A DNA stretch of 64,000 nucleotides from an uncultured archaeon (lineage in GTDB: Archaea > Asgardarchaeota > Lokiarchaeia > Sigyniarchaeales > SOKP01): NCBI GenBank assembly GCA_964508365.1, contig CAZDTP010000006.1:32001-96000 (forward strand), in the 5' to 3' direction. The notes under the pieces were generated by a model. It had not been told where the DNA came from and did no database searches. It was given only the letters and a program-made list of their open reading frames with translations. Positions within the stretch are counted from its first letter, which is position 1; each line of letters opens with the position of its first letter. The position numbers were made by a program, and so were the translations under genes. This document shows positions 50,299 to 60,412 of the stretch, one piece after another.

Positions 50299-50561
50299 AA
50301 CATCACCTTCGAAATTACTTTTTTATAAAATTTATTATAACTTAGATATTTTTTATTAGTGCGAATTCAAGTAAAAAATTTTATTATGATAGTTTATAAA
50401 TTTTTATATAAAAATTATAACAATCTATTTTCATGAAGGAAAAAACAAGAAAACGATAATTAGATCTGATAGTTATGGAGATGAATTTGAATATCTCTTT
50501 AATTTTATTTCATTGGAGTTGCTCGTAGAGTGTCAAAGTCCATTGTTATAATCCTGAAATT

Positions 50562-51323
50562 TTATACTTTCTTAAAGTTCTCAGGCACATTTAGATTTAT
50601 TTCAAAGAGTTTATCTTGAATTTTATTCTTTAATTCCTTAGAGAAATTATTAACTATCTCATCTGGAACATAGTTTAGGTATTCGTTTATTTCACTCTGA
50701 ATTATCAATCCTAACTGATTCATTAATTCCTCAGTAGTTTCGTGTTTCCTTAAGTAAATATTTTTGTAGGTCTGAATATATCGCATATTGAACTTTTTTA
50801 ACCATCGTTTACCTTTTTGTTCCATTAGAGATAAAATTTGTCTAGAGCTTGAATCATTAAAGTTTTCATATTCATATTCATATTTAATTAGCTTATCTTC
50901 GCAATGTTTTATAACTTGAGCTCTCTCTTTTGAATTTAAGTCTGTATTGGAATTAAGAAAAATGATAACCATAAATTTCTCAAGCAAAAAGTAGATTTGA
51001 GCTTTAATATTAGAACCATAGATTTCGAGGTGCGAGAGGTTTTTTATGTTAGCTTGCCCAGCAAAGATTTTAAACGAGCTTAAATACATCGAAACCAAGT
51101 CAAGTTCTAAAAGATTTTTTTGATCCTCTGATAAGTAAGATTTAATAGGTCTATAATCGTCATCCTCATTTGAATCATACTCAAAAACCGTAATAGTGTT
51201 CCCATACTGATCTGCGATAATAATTCCAATAATCGGGGGTATGACATTAAAATTATGCGTCCGATAAACGGTTTCTGTTAATTTTTTTTCAACGAAACTA
51301 TTACCTTTCTGAGCTTCGAGCAT
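50562..51323 (-). CDS. hypothetical protein with Roadblock/longin-like N-terminal domain
   Basis: IIGIIIADQYGNTI...DLVSMYLSSF..F pattern. Fold call is inference. Confidence 0.5.
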   Translation of the reverse strand: MLEAQKGNSFVEKKLTETVYRTHNFNVIPPIIGIIIADQYGNTITVFEYDSNEDDDYRPIKSYLSEDQKNLLELDLVSMYLSSFKIFAGQANIKNLSHLEIYGSNIKAQIYFLLEKFMVIIFLNSNTDLNSKERAQVIKHCEDKLIKYEYEYENFNDSSSRQILSLMEQKGKRWLKKFNMRYIQTYKNIYLRKHETTEELMNQLGLIIQSEINEYLNYVPDEIVNNFSKELKNKIQDKLFEINLNVPENFKKV

Positions 51324-51515
51324 AAATCTAAATAAACTTCTACACTATAAATTAAAGAGGGGGTGTTGATTTTTAGGAAAAAATAGAGAACTTCCGACAT
51401 TTATGATCGTGAAACAAGTCTTTCACGTACAAACATATCACCCAGCTATGTAAAAAGTTATGATAATTAAATTTATGCTATAATTTATTTTGAATCATAA
51501 AATCAAAAAAACAAG

Positions 51516-51619
51516 TGGGAGCGACCGGATTTGAACCGGTGACCAACAAGTCTGGAGCCTGCCGCGTTCAGCACTATGCACCGAAAGGGCAAAGTTATAC
51601 CGGGCTTCGCCACGCCCCC
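51516..51619 (-). tRNA. tRNA-Trp(CCA) with D-loop intron (about 21/22)
   Basis: Acceptor GGGGGCG/CGCTCCC, anticodon arm GCAGG-CTCCAGA-CTTGT, T-arm ACCGG-TTCAAAT-CCGGT. A 28-nt insertion (51568-51595) lies in the D-arm. Confidence 0.9.
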
Positions 51620-51768
51620 GTGTTTTAGGAAAATAAGTCGTGGCGTAAATTAATTTGTTTTAAATAACTACTAATTTATAAATTTACTAATTACTTATTT
51701 TATTTCTGTTTTATGATATGTCTTAATAATTTAGGATTAAAAAAATTTTTGAACTTGCACTTTCACTA

Positions 51769-52263
51769 CTAGACAATTTTTGATCCACAGAATTCACAAA
51801 ATCTAAGGTTTTCAGCATTTTTTAAAGATGCCCCGCATGTTTGACAGAAATTTGGTTTTTCTGGTAAATGTTCTCCCTTATCATATACTTTATACTCAAA
51901 GGGTAATTTATCTCCTTCGTATTTGGGGAATTCGAATCCACAATTGTCGCAATAATTAATCTTTCCATCCATGTAAATGTTACAATTTGGACACTTGTTT
52001 ATTAGTTTTAAACCACAATTACGGCAAAATTCTGTGTATATGCTAATAGGAATGTTGCAGCGGGGACAATGTTTTTTAGATTCTCCAGTATATCGGTAAA
52101 TGATAAGACCGATAAATGTAATACCTAATATTGGAATTATAATCACTAATAGAATAACCAGTTCAACAAAAAATAGTCCCATAGTGAGGAAACAAACTAT
52201 TAAGAAAATAACTAATCCAATTACCACTGAGAAACTTTTTTTGTTGTAATCTCGAACACTCAT
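51769..52263 (-). CDS. membrane protein with multiple zinc ribbons (DZR)
   Basis: Two N-terminal TM helices followed by CPRC/CRNC, CPNC/CDNC and CQTC/CEFC. Confidence 0.82.
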   Translation of the reverse strand: MSVRDYNKKSFSVVIGLVIFLIVCFLTMGLFFVELVILLVIIIPILGITFIGLIIYRYTGESKKHCPRCNIPISIYTEFCRNCGLKLINKCPNCNIYMDGKINYCDNCGFEFPKYEGDKLPFEYKVYDKGEHLPEKPNFCQTCGASLKNAENLRFCEFCGSKIV

Positions 52264-52325
52264 TAGAGAAAATTTGTTCTATGTATAAATAGATTCTATA
52301 ACTAGTAAAGACTTTATCATTTTTA

Positions 52326-52496
52326 TTATAATTCTTTTTTATCTTGTGCTGTTTTACAATAAGGGCAGATTAAAGTATCAATAGCAATCTTTTCCCCACA
52401 AGCGAAGCATAAATATTCATTATCCCCAAATTGGATTTTTTTTTCAATTACCTTTAGCTCTTTTTCTGTATTTTCTGGTGTTTTATTATCTGGCAT
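52326..52496 (-). CDS. small zinc-ribbon protein (56 aa, not in ORF track)
   Basis: MPDNKTPENTEKELKVIEKKIQFGDNEYLCFACGEKIAIDTLICPYCKTAQDKKEL. Confidence 0.7.
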   Translation of the reverse strand: MPDNKTPENTEKELKVIEKKIQFGDNEYLCFACGEKIAIDTLICPYCKTAQDKKEL

Positions 52497-52712
52497 AATT
52501 AATTCAAGTTTGAATTATTTATATCTACATTCTTCTGTAATAATGAATTTGTGTAAAGTCTATAAAAAAAATGGAGTCCAATATTTATTTAAGCTCCTAA
52601 ATAATCCAAGTTATGACAAAATTTAAGAGCTATTCATTATTTTAGAGATGTATAATATATACTTTTAAGTTCTATCACTAAAAAAACATATAATTTAGGA
52701 GATTTATAAGAA

Positions 52713-52916
52713 ATGCCAGGATCTCATGGAAGCTTAACAAAAGCTGGGAAAGTTAAACAACAAACACCCAAAATAGAAAGAAGTGGAGTAAATTCGAGGA
52801 AGAAAAAATCACCTCGGATGAGATTTCGTACTCTATATATACAAAGAATAGAGAAAGGTAAATATGGAGGGCAACGAGAATCTCTAGGTGCTAAGCGAGC
52901 AAGCTACAAACGATAA
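52713..52916 (+). CDS. rps30e: 30S ribosomal protein S30e
   Basis: SHGSLTKAGKVK.QTPK signature. Confidence 0.93.
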   Translation: MPGSHGSLTKAGKVKQQTPKIERSGVNSRKKKSPRMRFRTLYIQRIEKGKYGGQRESLGAKRASYKR

Positions 52917-52931
52917 CGATTTTTTAAATAA

Positions 52932-54821
52932 TTACGCTATAACTCCAATTTTTTTCAGCTGGTTTATTAAAATCTGGCTTTGCTGGTAATAATGTGTAGA
53001 ATTATTACTGTCCTTAGCTAATATATCATAATAATCACACATCAATAAGTTCCAACGTATTGCTCTACGGATACCTGGAATTTCTTTTAAATTAAGCGAA
53101 AGTTTTTTTTCAATAGATTTCATTAGATAAAGTGCTTTCTTTGAATCTACTCTATGATGTATATAAAACTCAGCTAATTCTAAAACCAAATCATGGAGTA
53201 TTGGAACGAATTCTTTATCATCAAAATTGATGCCGACTGAATCTATTCCAGCTCTTAAAAGTTTTTGGGCTTGAGAAAGATTACCTTTAGATTTGTAATT
53301 TTTTGCTCGCATAAGATGGTAATTAAGTTTGACTTTAATTGATTTATTACCTAACTGTAAGGCCTTTCTAAAATCCATTTTAACACTTGCTAATTTATTT
53401 TGCGCTATATGAATTAACCCGATATATAGATAAGCCATTCCTAGAAATTCGTCCTTATCTATAGATGATTCCTCGTTTTTTAAGAATTTTACGATGATAT
53501 TAAAATGTTCCTTTGCTTTATCGTATTCTTCCACCTGATAAAGTCTTTTTCCTAAATAATAATGAATTTTAATGATATAATCAACCGGAACCTCTCCTGA
53601 TTTAGCTACTTCTAAGGCACTTCGTAAATAATTTACAGCCATATCTTCTTGATTGAGTAGTGTAGCAATTTCTCTCAATTTTAATAATATTGATACAACT
53701 ACTTTTTTTTGGCGATTTTTATTAAATATTTTTAATGAATCATTTAGGAGTTGAGTTGCCTCATCAAATCGATAATTTTTAATTAAAGCTTCAGCGTCAA
53801 TATAGGAATTAATTGATTTAATAACCTCAAAATTAGTAGGTGGTGTATTAAAAAGGTCGTTATGGATATGATATAATTCTCCTTTAGACAATGTGCTTTC
53901 ATAGTGTAGGGCCGAAAAAGGGAAATTATTCATGCCTGATTCAAAATCGTTTGTATCTATTTCTCTTTTAGGATTAAACTTGATAAAATCATTTTGATTG
54001 ATTTTTGCTAAATTAATTATTTCTATTATCGAGTTCAACATCATACGTGAAAATTTAATCCAATTCTCTACATAAGTTTCAAGACTAAACTCAGCATCGC
54101 TAAATAAAGAACTTACAATATATGGAGTATAGGAGTCGAATGATGATCTAATATAGAACTTATTGTATTCTAAATCTTTAAAAAATGTAAAATACCCTCT
54201 TTCTAAAATAAAGAATTCGTCAAAAGGTTCATCGTTAGAAAAAAATAATGTTTCTGATGTTCGGAGCTTTGGTACTCCTTCTTTTAATTCCCAAGGTAAT
54301 TTGAAAGTTGGCTTTAATCTAACATTGTCTAAAATATTTACGATTTTATTAGTGTATGTCTTATCAAAATTCTCGAATTCATCGCGTTTATTCATAAATG
54401 ATATACGAATACGATTTAACCATCTGCTATCGTTTTCTTCAGTGATTGTTTCAGGAATTGTTTTATTCAACAATTCAAGGAGGAGTAACTCCTTACCTTT
54501 GATGGGAAAATTGTGTTCTAGTGAAATCTGAAGTGCTAAATCTCTAAGCATTTTCACGATGAATATAATTACTCTGTCTGTATTTTGATTCAAATCCCAT
54601 AATTTAAATGCAAGGCTAATTCGGAAACTTACTACTTCAAACGGAAAATTTAGTCTTAAAGGTAGTGTCACAGGAAATTTAATCGTGAATAATATCAATT
54701 TATCCTTTTTAACACTATATCTAAAATAATTTTCTATAGTTCCGTCTATCTTGAATCCATTTTTCTCGATTGCCTCTTTTAAATTTACGAGTTCTGTAGA
54801 CGAAAAAGGTCTAAGCGACAT
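52932..54821 (-). CDS. hypothetical protein with C-terminal TPR-like repeats
   Basis: Helical repeats such as YYLGKRLYQVEEYDKAKEHF and YLYIGLIHIAQNK. Confidence 0.7.
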   Translation of the reverse strand: MSLRPFSSTELVNLKEAIEKNGFKIDGTIENYFRYSVKKDKLILFTIKFPVTLPLRLNFPFEVVSFRISLAFKLWDLNQNTDRVIIFIVKMLRDLALQISLEHNFPIKGKELLLLELLNKTIPETITEENDSRWLNRIRISFMNKRDEFENFDKTYTNKIVNILDNVRLKPTFKLPWELKEGVPKLRTSETLFFSNDEPFDEFFILERGYFTFFKDLEYNKFYIRSSFDSYTPYIVSSLFSDAEFSLETYVENWIKFSRMMLNSIIEIINLAKINQNDFIKFNPKREIDTNDFESGMNNFPFSALHYESTLSKGELYHIHNDLFNTPPTNFEVIKSINSYIDAEALIKNYRFDEATQLLNDSLKIFNKNRQKKVVVSILLKLREIATLLNQEDMAVNYLRSALEVAKSGEVPVDYIIKIHYYLGKRLYQVEEYDKAKEHFNIIVKFLKNEESSIDKDEFLGMAYLYIGLIHIAQNKLASVKMDFRKALQLGNKSIKVKLNYHLMRAKNYKSKGNLSQAQKLLRAGIDSVGINFDDKEFVPILHDLVLELAEFYIHHRVDSKKALYLMKSIEKKLSLNLKEIPGIRRAIRWNLLMCDYYDILAKDSNNSTHYYQQSQILINQLKKIGVIA

Positions 54822-54965
54822 AAATTAATGATGAAAGTTATTGCTTAATAAACAAATAAAAATTCCGAATATTAATTTTTATACATATCCTCATATTAAC
54901 AATTATAAATAGTTAGATTTATTTGATAATATTGAGGAATAATTAAGAAAACAAGAGGTTTCGAG

Positions 54966-55661
54966 ATGGATATCGCAAAACTCAACAAAGAACTTAGTTA
55001 TAAAATTAATAAAGCAAATGGGCTCGAAAAAATTCATAAATATCAAGAAGCTGTAGATTTATGGTTAGAAATTAGCGAGATGACTCTAAGAGTATCAAAA
55101 ACGCCAAATCTCGAATTTTCTTACAAATCAATGCTTATTGATAAGACTAAACAAATGATAGAACATATTAAAAACCTCAAACAAAAACTCATAAGTCAGA
55201 GAAGAGTAGAACAACGTATAGAACAGAAGCCTATTCATCAAAATACAGTTTCAGAAATAGAACCAGAACCTACTATAAGCGAGACTAAAATCGAATCCAT
55301 GCCAAATTCAATATCCGAAATCTCGAATGAAACTGAGATAAATATCTCTCAGGATGATTTTAAAGAAGTTAAAGTTGTGAAAGACAGTGATATTGAAAAT
55401 CTACCCATTGGATTCAAGGAAATTGAAACTACTGAAGACTTTAAAATTATAACACCTCATGATAAAGACTATCTTTCGAAGAGAATAAGTCAAGATCACA
55501 CTTTGGGCAGTTCTAAACAGGAACAGAAAGATGTACAATTACCAAAAAGAATTGAGCCAGATCCGCCCAGTGATAGATCAAATATTATTTGTTTCGCTTG
55601 TGGGAGTGAAATTTCTTCTAAATCTAGGAAATGCCCCATTTGTGGTACTGATTTAAAATAG
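54966..55661 (+). CDS. MIT-like N-terminal domain, disordered linker, C-terminal zinc ribbon
   Basis: ANGLEKIHKYQEAVDLW...KTKQMIEHIKNLK three-helix pattern; CFACG...CPICG at the C-terminus. Confidence 0.6.
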   Translation: MDIAKLNKELSYKINKANGLEKIHKYQEAVDLWLEISEMTLRVSKTPNLEFSYKSMLIDKTKQMIEHIKNLKQKLISQRRVEQRIEQKPIHQNTVSEIEPEPTISETKIESMPNSISEISNETEINISQDDFKEVKVVKDSDIENLPIGFKEIETTEDFKIITPHDKDYLSKRISQDHTLGSSKQEQKDVQLPKRIEPDPPSDRSNIICFACGSEISSKSRKCPICGTDLK

Positions 55662-55676
55662 CATATGTTTCTATTT

Positions 55677-56360
55677 TTAGAAATTATAGAATTTTCCAGC
55701 ATTGCTTAAATTGAAAACACCAAATCTCTCAGATCTCTTTCTTTTCAAGGTAAACCACCCCATTCTTGTATCTTTAAGAGCTAATTGAGTCTTATAAAGA
55801 GCCATTATATCATATATTTGATCACGATATTCTGCTATGCGAATTTTTACTTGTTTTTCCATAGGAGCCTTCATTACATTATAAATCGCGTACACATAAA
55901 ATTCGGTATTTACAAGGTTTAATTCTATGGCTGCTTCTTTAGCAATGGAATGTGTTGCTTGATGATCTGGATGATTATTATTGTCACTGGGTATCACTAT
56001 CCGATCTGCATCGTAGATAATCGTTTTAGCAAGAGCTATTCCTCTGCTGATTTGATTCAAAGCGTCTTGATCGTGAAATTCAAACATATGAACATTTTCA
56101 TCCGGAAAACCAAAAGCTTTAGCAACTGATTTAGCTTCTTTCAGTCCGATTTGACCGATCTGATCTTCGCTGAAATTAATATATTCCTGTGCTTCTTCTA
56201 TTATAATTTGATTATTCTTTTTGCCCCATGAGATTAAAGCACGATTATCTGTTACATAAACTATATGGACTTCATGTCCCTCCTTCATCCATTTTAATAT
56301 TGATCCTCCTGTTCCGTATATTTCATCATCTGGGTGAGGAGCAAATACGACGATCTTCAC
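55677..56360 (-). CDS. PIG-L/LmbE-family deacetylase
   Basis: APHPDDE and HPDH motifs. Confidence 0.9.
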   Translation of the reverse strand: MKIVVFAPHPDDEIYGTGGSILKWMKEGHEVHIVYVTDNRALISWGKKNNQIIIEEAQEYINFSEDQIGQIGLKEAKSVAKAFGFPDENVHMFEFHDQDALNQISRGIALAKTIIYDADRIVIPSDNNNHPDHQATHSIAKEAAIELNLVNTEFYVYAIYNVMKAPMEKQVKIRIAEYRDQIYDIMALYKTQLALKDTRMGWFTLKRKRSERFGVFNLSNAGKFYNF

Positions 56361-56375
56361 AATTTACTCTTATTT

Positions 56376-56930
56376 TCAGTTATTTTGATTTCTATTATAT
56401 TTAATTTCTTCGTACTTTTCAATTGCTCGGTCCCGCCACACTGTATTCCATTTTTTGAATCCTGATTTAACGTACTTTTCTCTTTTATAGAAATCGTACG
56501 AGACCCAATTAAAAAGAACAAAGTATCTCTTTGCACCGCTTTTAGTTGTTAATCTTTTTGACCTAATTCCTAAATCGTTACGTAAGTGATTCACAAATCT
56601 CAGTTCAACTGCATCTTGAAGTTTTCCCTCAATAATAGCATCTTCGTATAATATACCTTCTTCAATAAAATACGCTCTTACGTCATCAAAGATATTTCCA
56701 CGACATAGTAGAACTTTTTCTTTATTTTTATCGAAGTTTAGCTCCTTTAAGCCCTCTTTTACTAAATCAACAGTTCTCTTTACGGGCATTTTATTTTCCC
56801 AGTTTTCTCCTTTAAACAGGTTTACAGGGAGATTTTTAAAAATAGTTTTTTTAGTATTTTTCCGATAAAAACCTATAAAAGCATCTCCAACCAAATCTCC
56901 AGTTCCGGAATCATCTATTTCAATCGACAT
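56376..56930 (-). CDS. hypothetical protein, RNase H-like N-terminal DDxG motif
   Basis: IEIDDSGTGDLVG at the N-terminus; CRGNIFD; fold call is weak. Confidence 0.5.
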   Translation of the reverse strand: MSIEIDDSGTGDLVGDAFIGFYRKNTKKTIFKNLPVNLFKGENWENKMPVKRTVDLVKEGLKELNFDKNKEKVLLCRGNIFDDVRAYFIEEGILYEDAIIEGKLQDAVELRFVNHLRNDLGIRSKRLTTKSGAKRYFVLFNWVSYDFYKREKYVKSGFKKWNTVWRDRAIEKYEEIKYNRNQNN

Positions 56931-57057
56931 TGTTCCGTATTCAAAACTTTTTATAAAAAATAGTAACTATATTATGATATTAAAAATAATTTAAAATTCC
57001 TTTGAACATTAAGAGATTCGTAGTTAATGGCATTAAATAATTCATAGATAGATATTA

Positions 57058-57852
57058 ATGGAAGTTGAAATTTTAGTCATCGGGAATGAAATACTTATTG
57101 GAAAAACTCAAGATACTAATTCAAATTGGTTAGCTAAAAGAATTGCTAAATATGGTCATAGGCTAAAAAGGATCACTGCTATTGAAGACAATATTAAGGT
57201 TATTTCAACAACCCTACAAATTACTTTAAAACGCAAACCCAACATCATAATTACAACAGGGGGTCTTGGACCGACCTTTGATGATATGACATTAGCTGGT
57301 GTAGCGAAGGGCTTGAATCGAGAATTAGAACTCAATCAACACGCATATAAATCTATAGAGAAAGCTTACGAATATGCTTACAAAAGAGGAATTCTGAACC
57401 TTAAAGGGATGACGAAGGAAAGAGAAAAGATGAGTTGCCTTCCTCAAGGATCAATACCCCTGCCAAACATCAGAGGAACTGCTCCAGGAGTTAAATTAAC
57501 AGAAGGAGATACTACTATTTTTGTACTCCCAGGTGTTCCATCTGAAATGAAAGCAATCTTCCAAACTGTTGTAAAACCAATCTTAAAAGAAAAAAGAGGA
57601 AAGTTTGTTGAGAAAGGCTTGTTTTTTATGGGTATTGGCGAGTCGCAGATAGCTCCTTATATTACTAGAATCGAACATAAAAACCCCCGACTTTGGATAA
57701 AAACTCATCCAAGAATCGGACTTTCATTAGAAGTTGAACTTTCTATAACAGCTTTTAATGTTGAGAACGGAGAAGAATTAGCAGAAAAAGCGTTAGATGA
57801 TATTAGAGAAGTTATCTTAGGTTTAAATGGTAAGATAAGGGAGAGAAAATAG
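57058..57852 (+). CDS. CinA-like molybdopterin-binding domain protein
   Basis: IGNEILIG...DTNS.WLA, TTGGLGPTFDDMT, GTAPG, LPGVPSEM. Confidence 0.9.
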   Translation: MEVEILVIGNEILIGKTQDTNSNWLAKRIAKYGHRLKRITAIEDNIKVISTTLQITLKRKPNIIITTGGLGPTFDDMTLAGVAKGLNRELELNQHAYKSIEKAYEYAYKRGILNLKGMTKEREKMSCLPQGSIPLPNIRGTAPGVKLTEGDTTIFVLPGVPSEMKAIFQTVVKPILKEKRGKFVEKGLFFMGIGESQIAPYITRIEHKNPRLWIKTHPRIGLSLEVELSITAFNVENGEELAEKALDDIREVILGLNGKIRERK

Positions 57853-57859
57853 AATCTAA

Positions 57860-58588
57860 AATTATAATTACATAAATTTAGAGTTTAGGAGAGGCATTTG
57901 TATCCTCAATTTCAATCGTCCCGATAAAAAAAACGCCCTTAGCTCTGACATGCGTTCAGAAATAATAGACGCTCTACTCTCTCTCTAAGAAGAAAAAAGA
58001 ATTAGAACAGTTATCTTTTATGGAGGAGAGCAATTCTTTTCCGCTGGATTTGATAGAGACGAAGTTCAAAAAGTCGTACAAGGTGAAGGTGATTATGAGG
58101 AATTCGTAGAATCTAACCATCTTTTCCACCAGACTTTATTTGATTTTCCAAAACTACTCATTGCTGCAATAAATGGATATGCTCTCGTAGGAGCATTTGA
58201 TCTTACTGTAATTTGCCATCTTAGAATTGCTTCCAAGGGAACATTATTTGGCCATCCAGAAATTAGATTTGGGGCTTGCCCTTTATTTTTCCCATATATG
58301 GGTCTTGTAGGTAGAGGTAAAGCTCTTGAACTAACTTTGAATACAGGCTCAAAAGAGAATTTTCTAAGTGCTGAGGAAGCTTATCGACTAAACATCATAA
58401 ATAGACTTGTTGAACTGGGTGAAATACTCGAAGAAGTGATTAAGCTAGCAAAAGAAATCAACAAAGCTCCAGAATTCACAGTTTCACAACTACTTCAAGT
58501 TAATAAACTTAATTTTGATAGGGTTAAAACTTTTGATAGTGAAATTGAAATAATACTTAAAAGTATGAAGTCACTATTAGGAAAATGA
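57860..58588 (+). pseudogene. enoyl-CoA hydratase/isomerase pseudogene
   Basis: A single frame reads NFNRPDKKNALS...FSAGFD...IAAINGYALVGA...FGHPE. There is an in-frame TAA at 57986-57988 and no start codon after the TAA at 57857-57859. Confidence 0.8.
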
Positions 58589-58760
58589 GTTGAACTTAGA
58601 CCCTCATAAGAATTTATTCAAATTAAGAGATAATTAGATTACCGAATACATCATAAGCCACTATATTTGCTTTAGCCGCAGGAGATTTTAAGTAGTTTTT
58701 CTAATATTTTAAGTTTTCTTAAAGCCTATTAGGGAGAATTAAGAATCTGTATTATTAACC

Positions 58761-59114
58761 TTATACATACATTCCTTCAGGGGGAGGTTTTATATTTGTA
58801 ACTCGATAACTTTGGGAATAAACTTGCCTTAAAATATCCCTGAATCTCATATAACTATTTCGCCAGAACAAATCACTAAGATCTATGTTTCTTGGATTAT
58901 AACCTGCTTGATCGTAAATTTTTCTTCTTTTTGGATCTATTAATGTGTTATAAGCGTCATGTAGCTCTATAAACTTCTCCTTAGCTTTGGGATCGGATTT
59001 ATTTAGATCAGGATGATATTTTTTTGCTAATCTCCGATAAGCTAATTTGATTTCTTCTTCAGAGGCGTCTTCTTCGATTTCAAGAATTTTATAATAATCT
59101 TTATCCTTATCCAT
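58761..59114 (-). CDS. stand-alone J-domain (DnaJ-family) protein
   Basis: DYYKILE...[17 protein letters not shown]...AYNTL.DP..R..YD. Confidence 0.9.
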   Translation of the reverse strand: MDKDKDYYKILEIEEDASEEEIKLAYRRLAKKYHPDLNKSDPKAKEKFIELHDAYNTLIDPKRRKIYDQAGYNPRNIDLSDLFWRNSYMRFRDILRQVYSQSYRVTNIKPPPEGMYV

Positions 59115-59314
59115 ATTCGTAACTTTGCTTTTTCTTTGTATAAGAAGAAAACGAGGAAATATAAACTTAAGGTCGAACTAATATTGAGTATTATTCGTTA
59201 TTTTATTAAATTTAAAGGTGTTTTCAACTATTTCTTTTTAAAAAATTAATTAAGTAGGGTTATATCTTATTCTAAGTAGAATGAGATAAGATAATGGTTC
59301 GGTAAAAGATTGAC

Positions 59315-59329
59315 GCCGTTGTGCAACGG
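59315..59329. repeat. palindromic 15-bp repeat, copy 1
   Basis: GCCGTTGTGCAACGG, identical to 60815-60829. Confidence 0.8.
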
Positions 59330-59333
59330 GCTT

Positions 59334-59372
59334 CTCGATAAGCACCCACATGTGTGTTTTAGCCTATTTCAT
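59334..59372 (-). promoter_or_regulatory. SECIS element of selD
   Basis: The minus strand reads AUGAA-AUAGGC-U-AAAA-CAC(ACAU)GUG-GGU-GCUUAU-CGAG: AUGA/GA core, helix, AAAA and an apical mini-helix. It starts 9 nt after the selD stop. Confidence 0.75.
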
Positions 59373-59380
59373 TGACGTCA

Positions 59381-60412
59381 TTATACTTTACTTATTTCAA
59401 TCTGTTCAACTTTTTTCGACATCCTAACAAGTTCATTTTCTTTGTTATCAATTGTACCAACAGTCCAATTAGAAATGCCATTACTAGAGAGAGCGTTAGA
59501 AAAATCCTCTACTTTGCTCGGATCGATAGCTAATAGCATACCGCCAGCCGTTTCAGAGCACAAACAATCGGTAAAAGCGTATCCTAATTCCTCAGAAAGG
59601 TTTTTCGAAAACTTAATTGAAGGAACTGTTTCAATAATAGCAGATAATCCAGAATTTTGTAACATTTCTTTCAAATGACCAGACAATCCGAAGCCAGTAA
59701 CATCAGTCATAGCATGAATAAAAGAGAAATCGTCATATGTGTAAATCGTTTTTACTACGCCTTGATTAGATGTTGTCATAAGGTTTATGGCTAATTTAAT
59801 CGAATCACTGAGCTCATTCGATGAATATTCCTCCAGCATATCTGGAAAATCTTTTTGTAACCTATATGCTGCCATAATTGCTTGTAATCCAATAGGTTTT
59901 GTTAAGATTAATTTATCGCCTTTTTTTACACCGTGTTTCCGGATTAAATTGTTTTTATCGACAAAACCAGATGCTTCTCCACCAATAAGAGGCCACTCGC
60001 TATATATCGTATGACCTCCAACCACTTTGGAGTTTATTTTTTGTTCCATAAACCTGTTAATTCCTCTAAGAATTCCTTCTGCAATATTCATTGGAGTGTT
60101 TTTGTTGATAGCTAAAAACACGAGCATTCCTGAAACTTCTGGAACATTCATCGCAAATATATCATTTGTTACGTTACAAGCAGAGATTTCGCCCATAATT
60201 TCGGGTTCATCTACAATAGGAGTAAAAATATCAATACTTTTCACTTGAACCAGGTCGGAATTTGGAACGGGCACAATAGCAGCATCATCAATAAATCCTT
60301 TTAAACCAGTTTTCTCCAGTAATTCTTCTAATTGATTTGCACCAAGTTTACATGATCAACCATAGATTTTAACTTGCTTTGTCAACCGATATTCCTTTTT
60401 TTGTTCAGTCAT
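59381..60412 (-). CDS. selD: selenide, water dikinase (selenophosphate synthetase) containing selenocysteine
   Basis: ATG 60412 follows a GAGGTG SD. The N-terminus reads MTEQKKEYRLTKQVKIYG-[TGA 60356-60358]-SCKLG...DDAAIV, continuing into DIFTPIVD, NDIFAM, GGHT, LILTKPIG, TDVTGFGL.GH and ETAGGML. Confidence 0.93.

Noticed and set aside
51408-51427. CGTGAAA-N6-TTTCACG inverted repeat
   Set aside because: A single 7-bp inverted repeat with no second copy seen; it cannot be distinguished from chance.
57986-57988. Stop-codon recoding in the enoyl-CoA hydratase
   Set aside because: The codon is TAA, which is not used for Sec or Pyl, and the start codon is also missing.
58590-58760. AUGA-containing stretch 3' of the J-domain gene as another SECIS
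   Set aside because: No convincing helix or 3' GA partner was found, and the upstream gene has no in-frame UGA.
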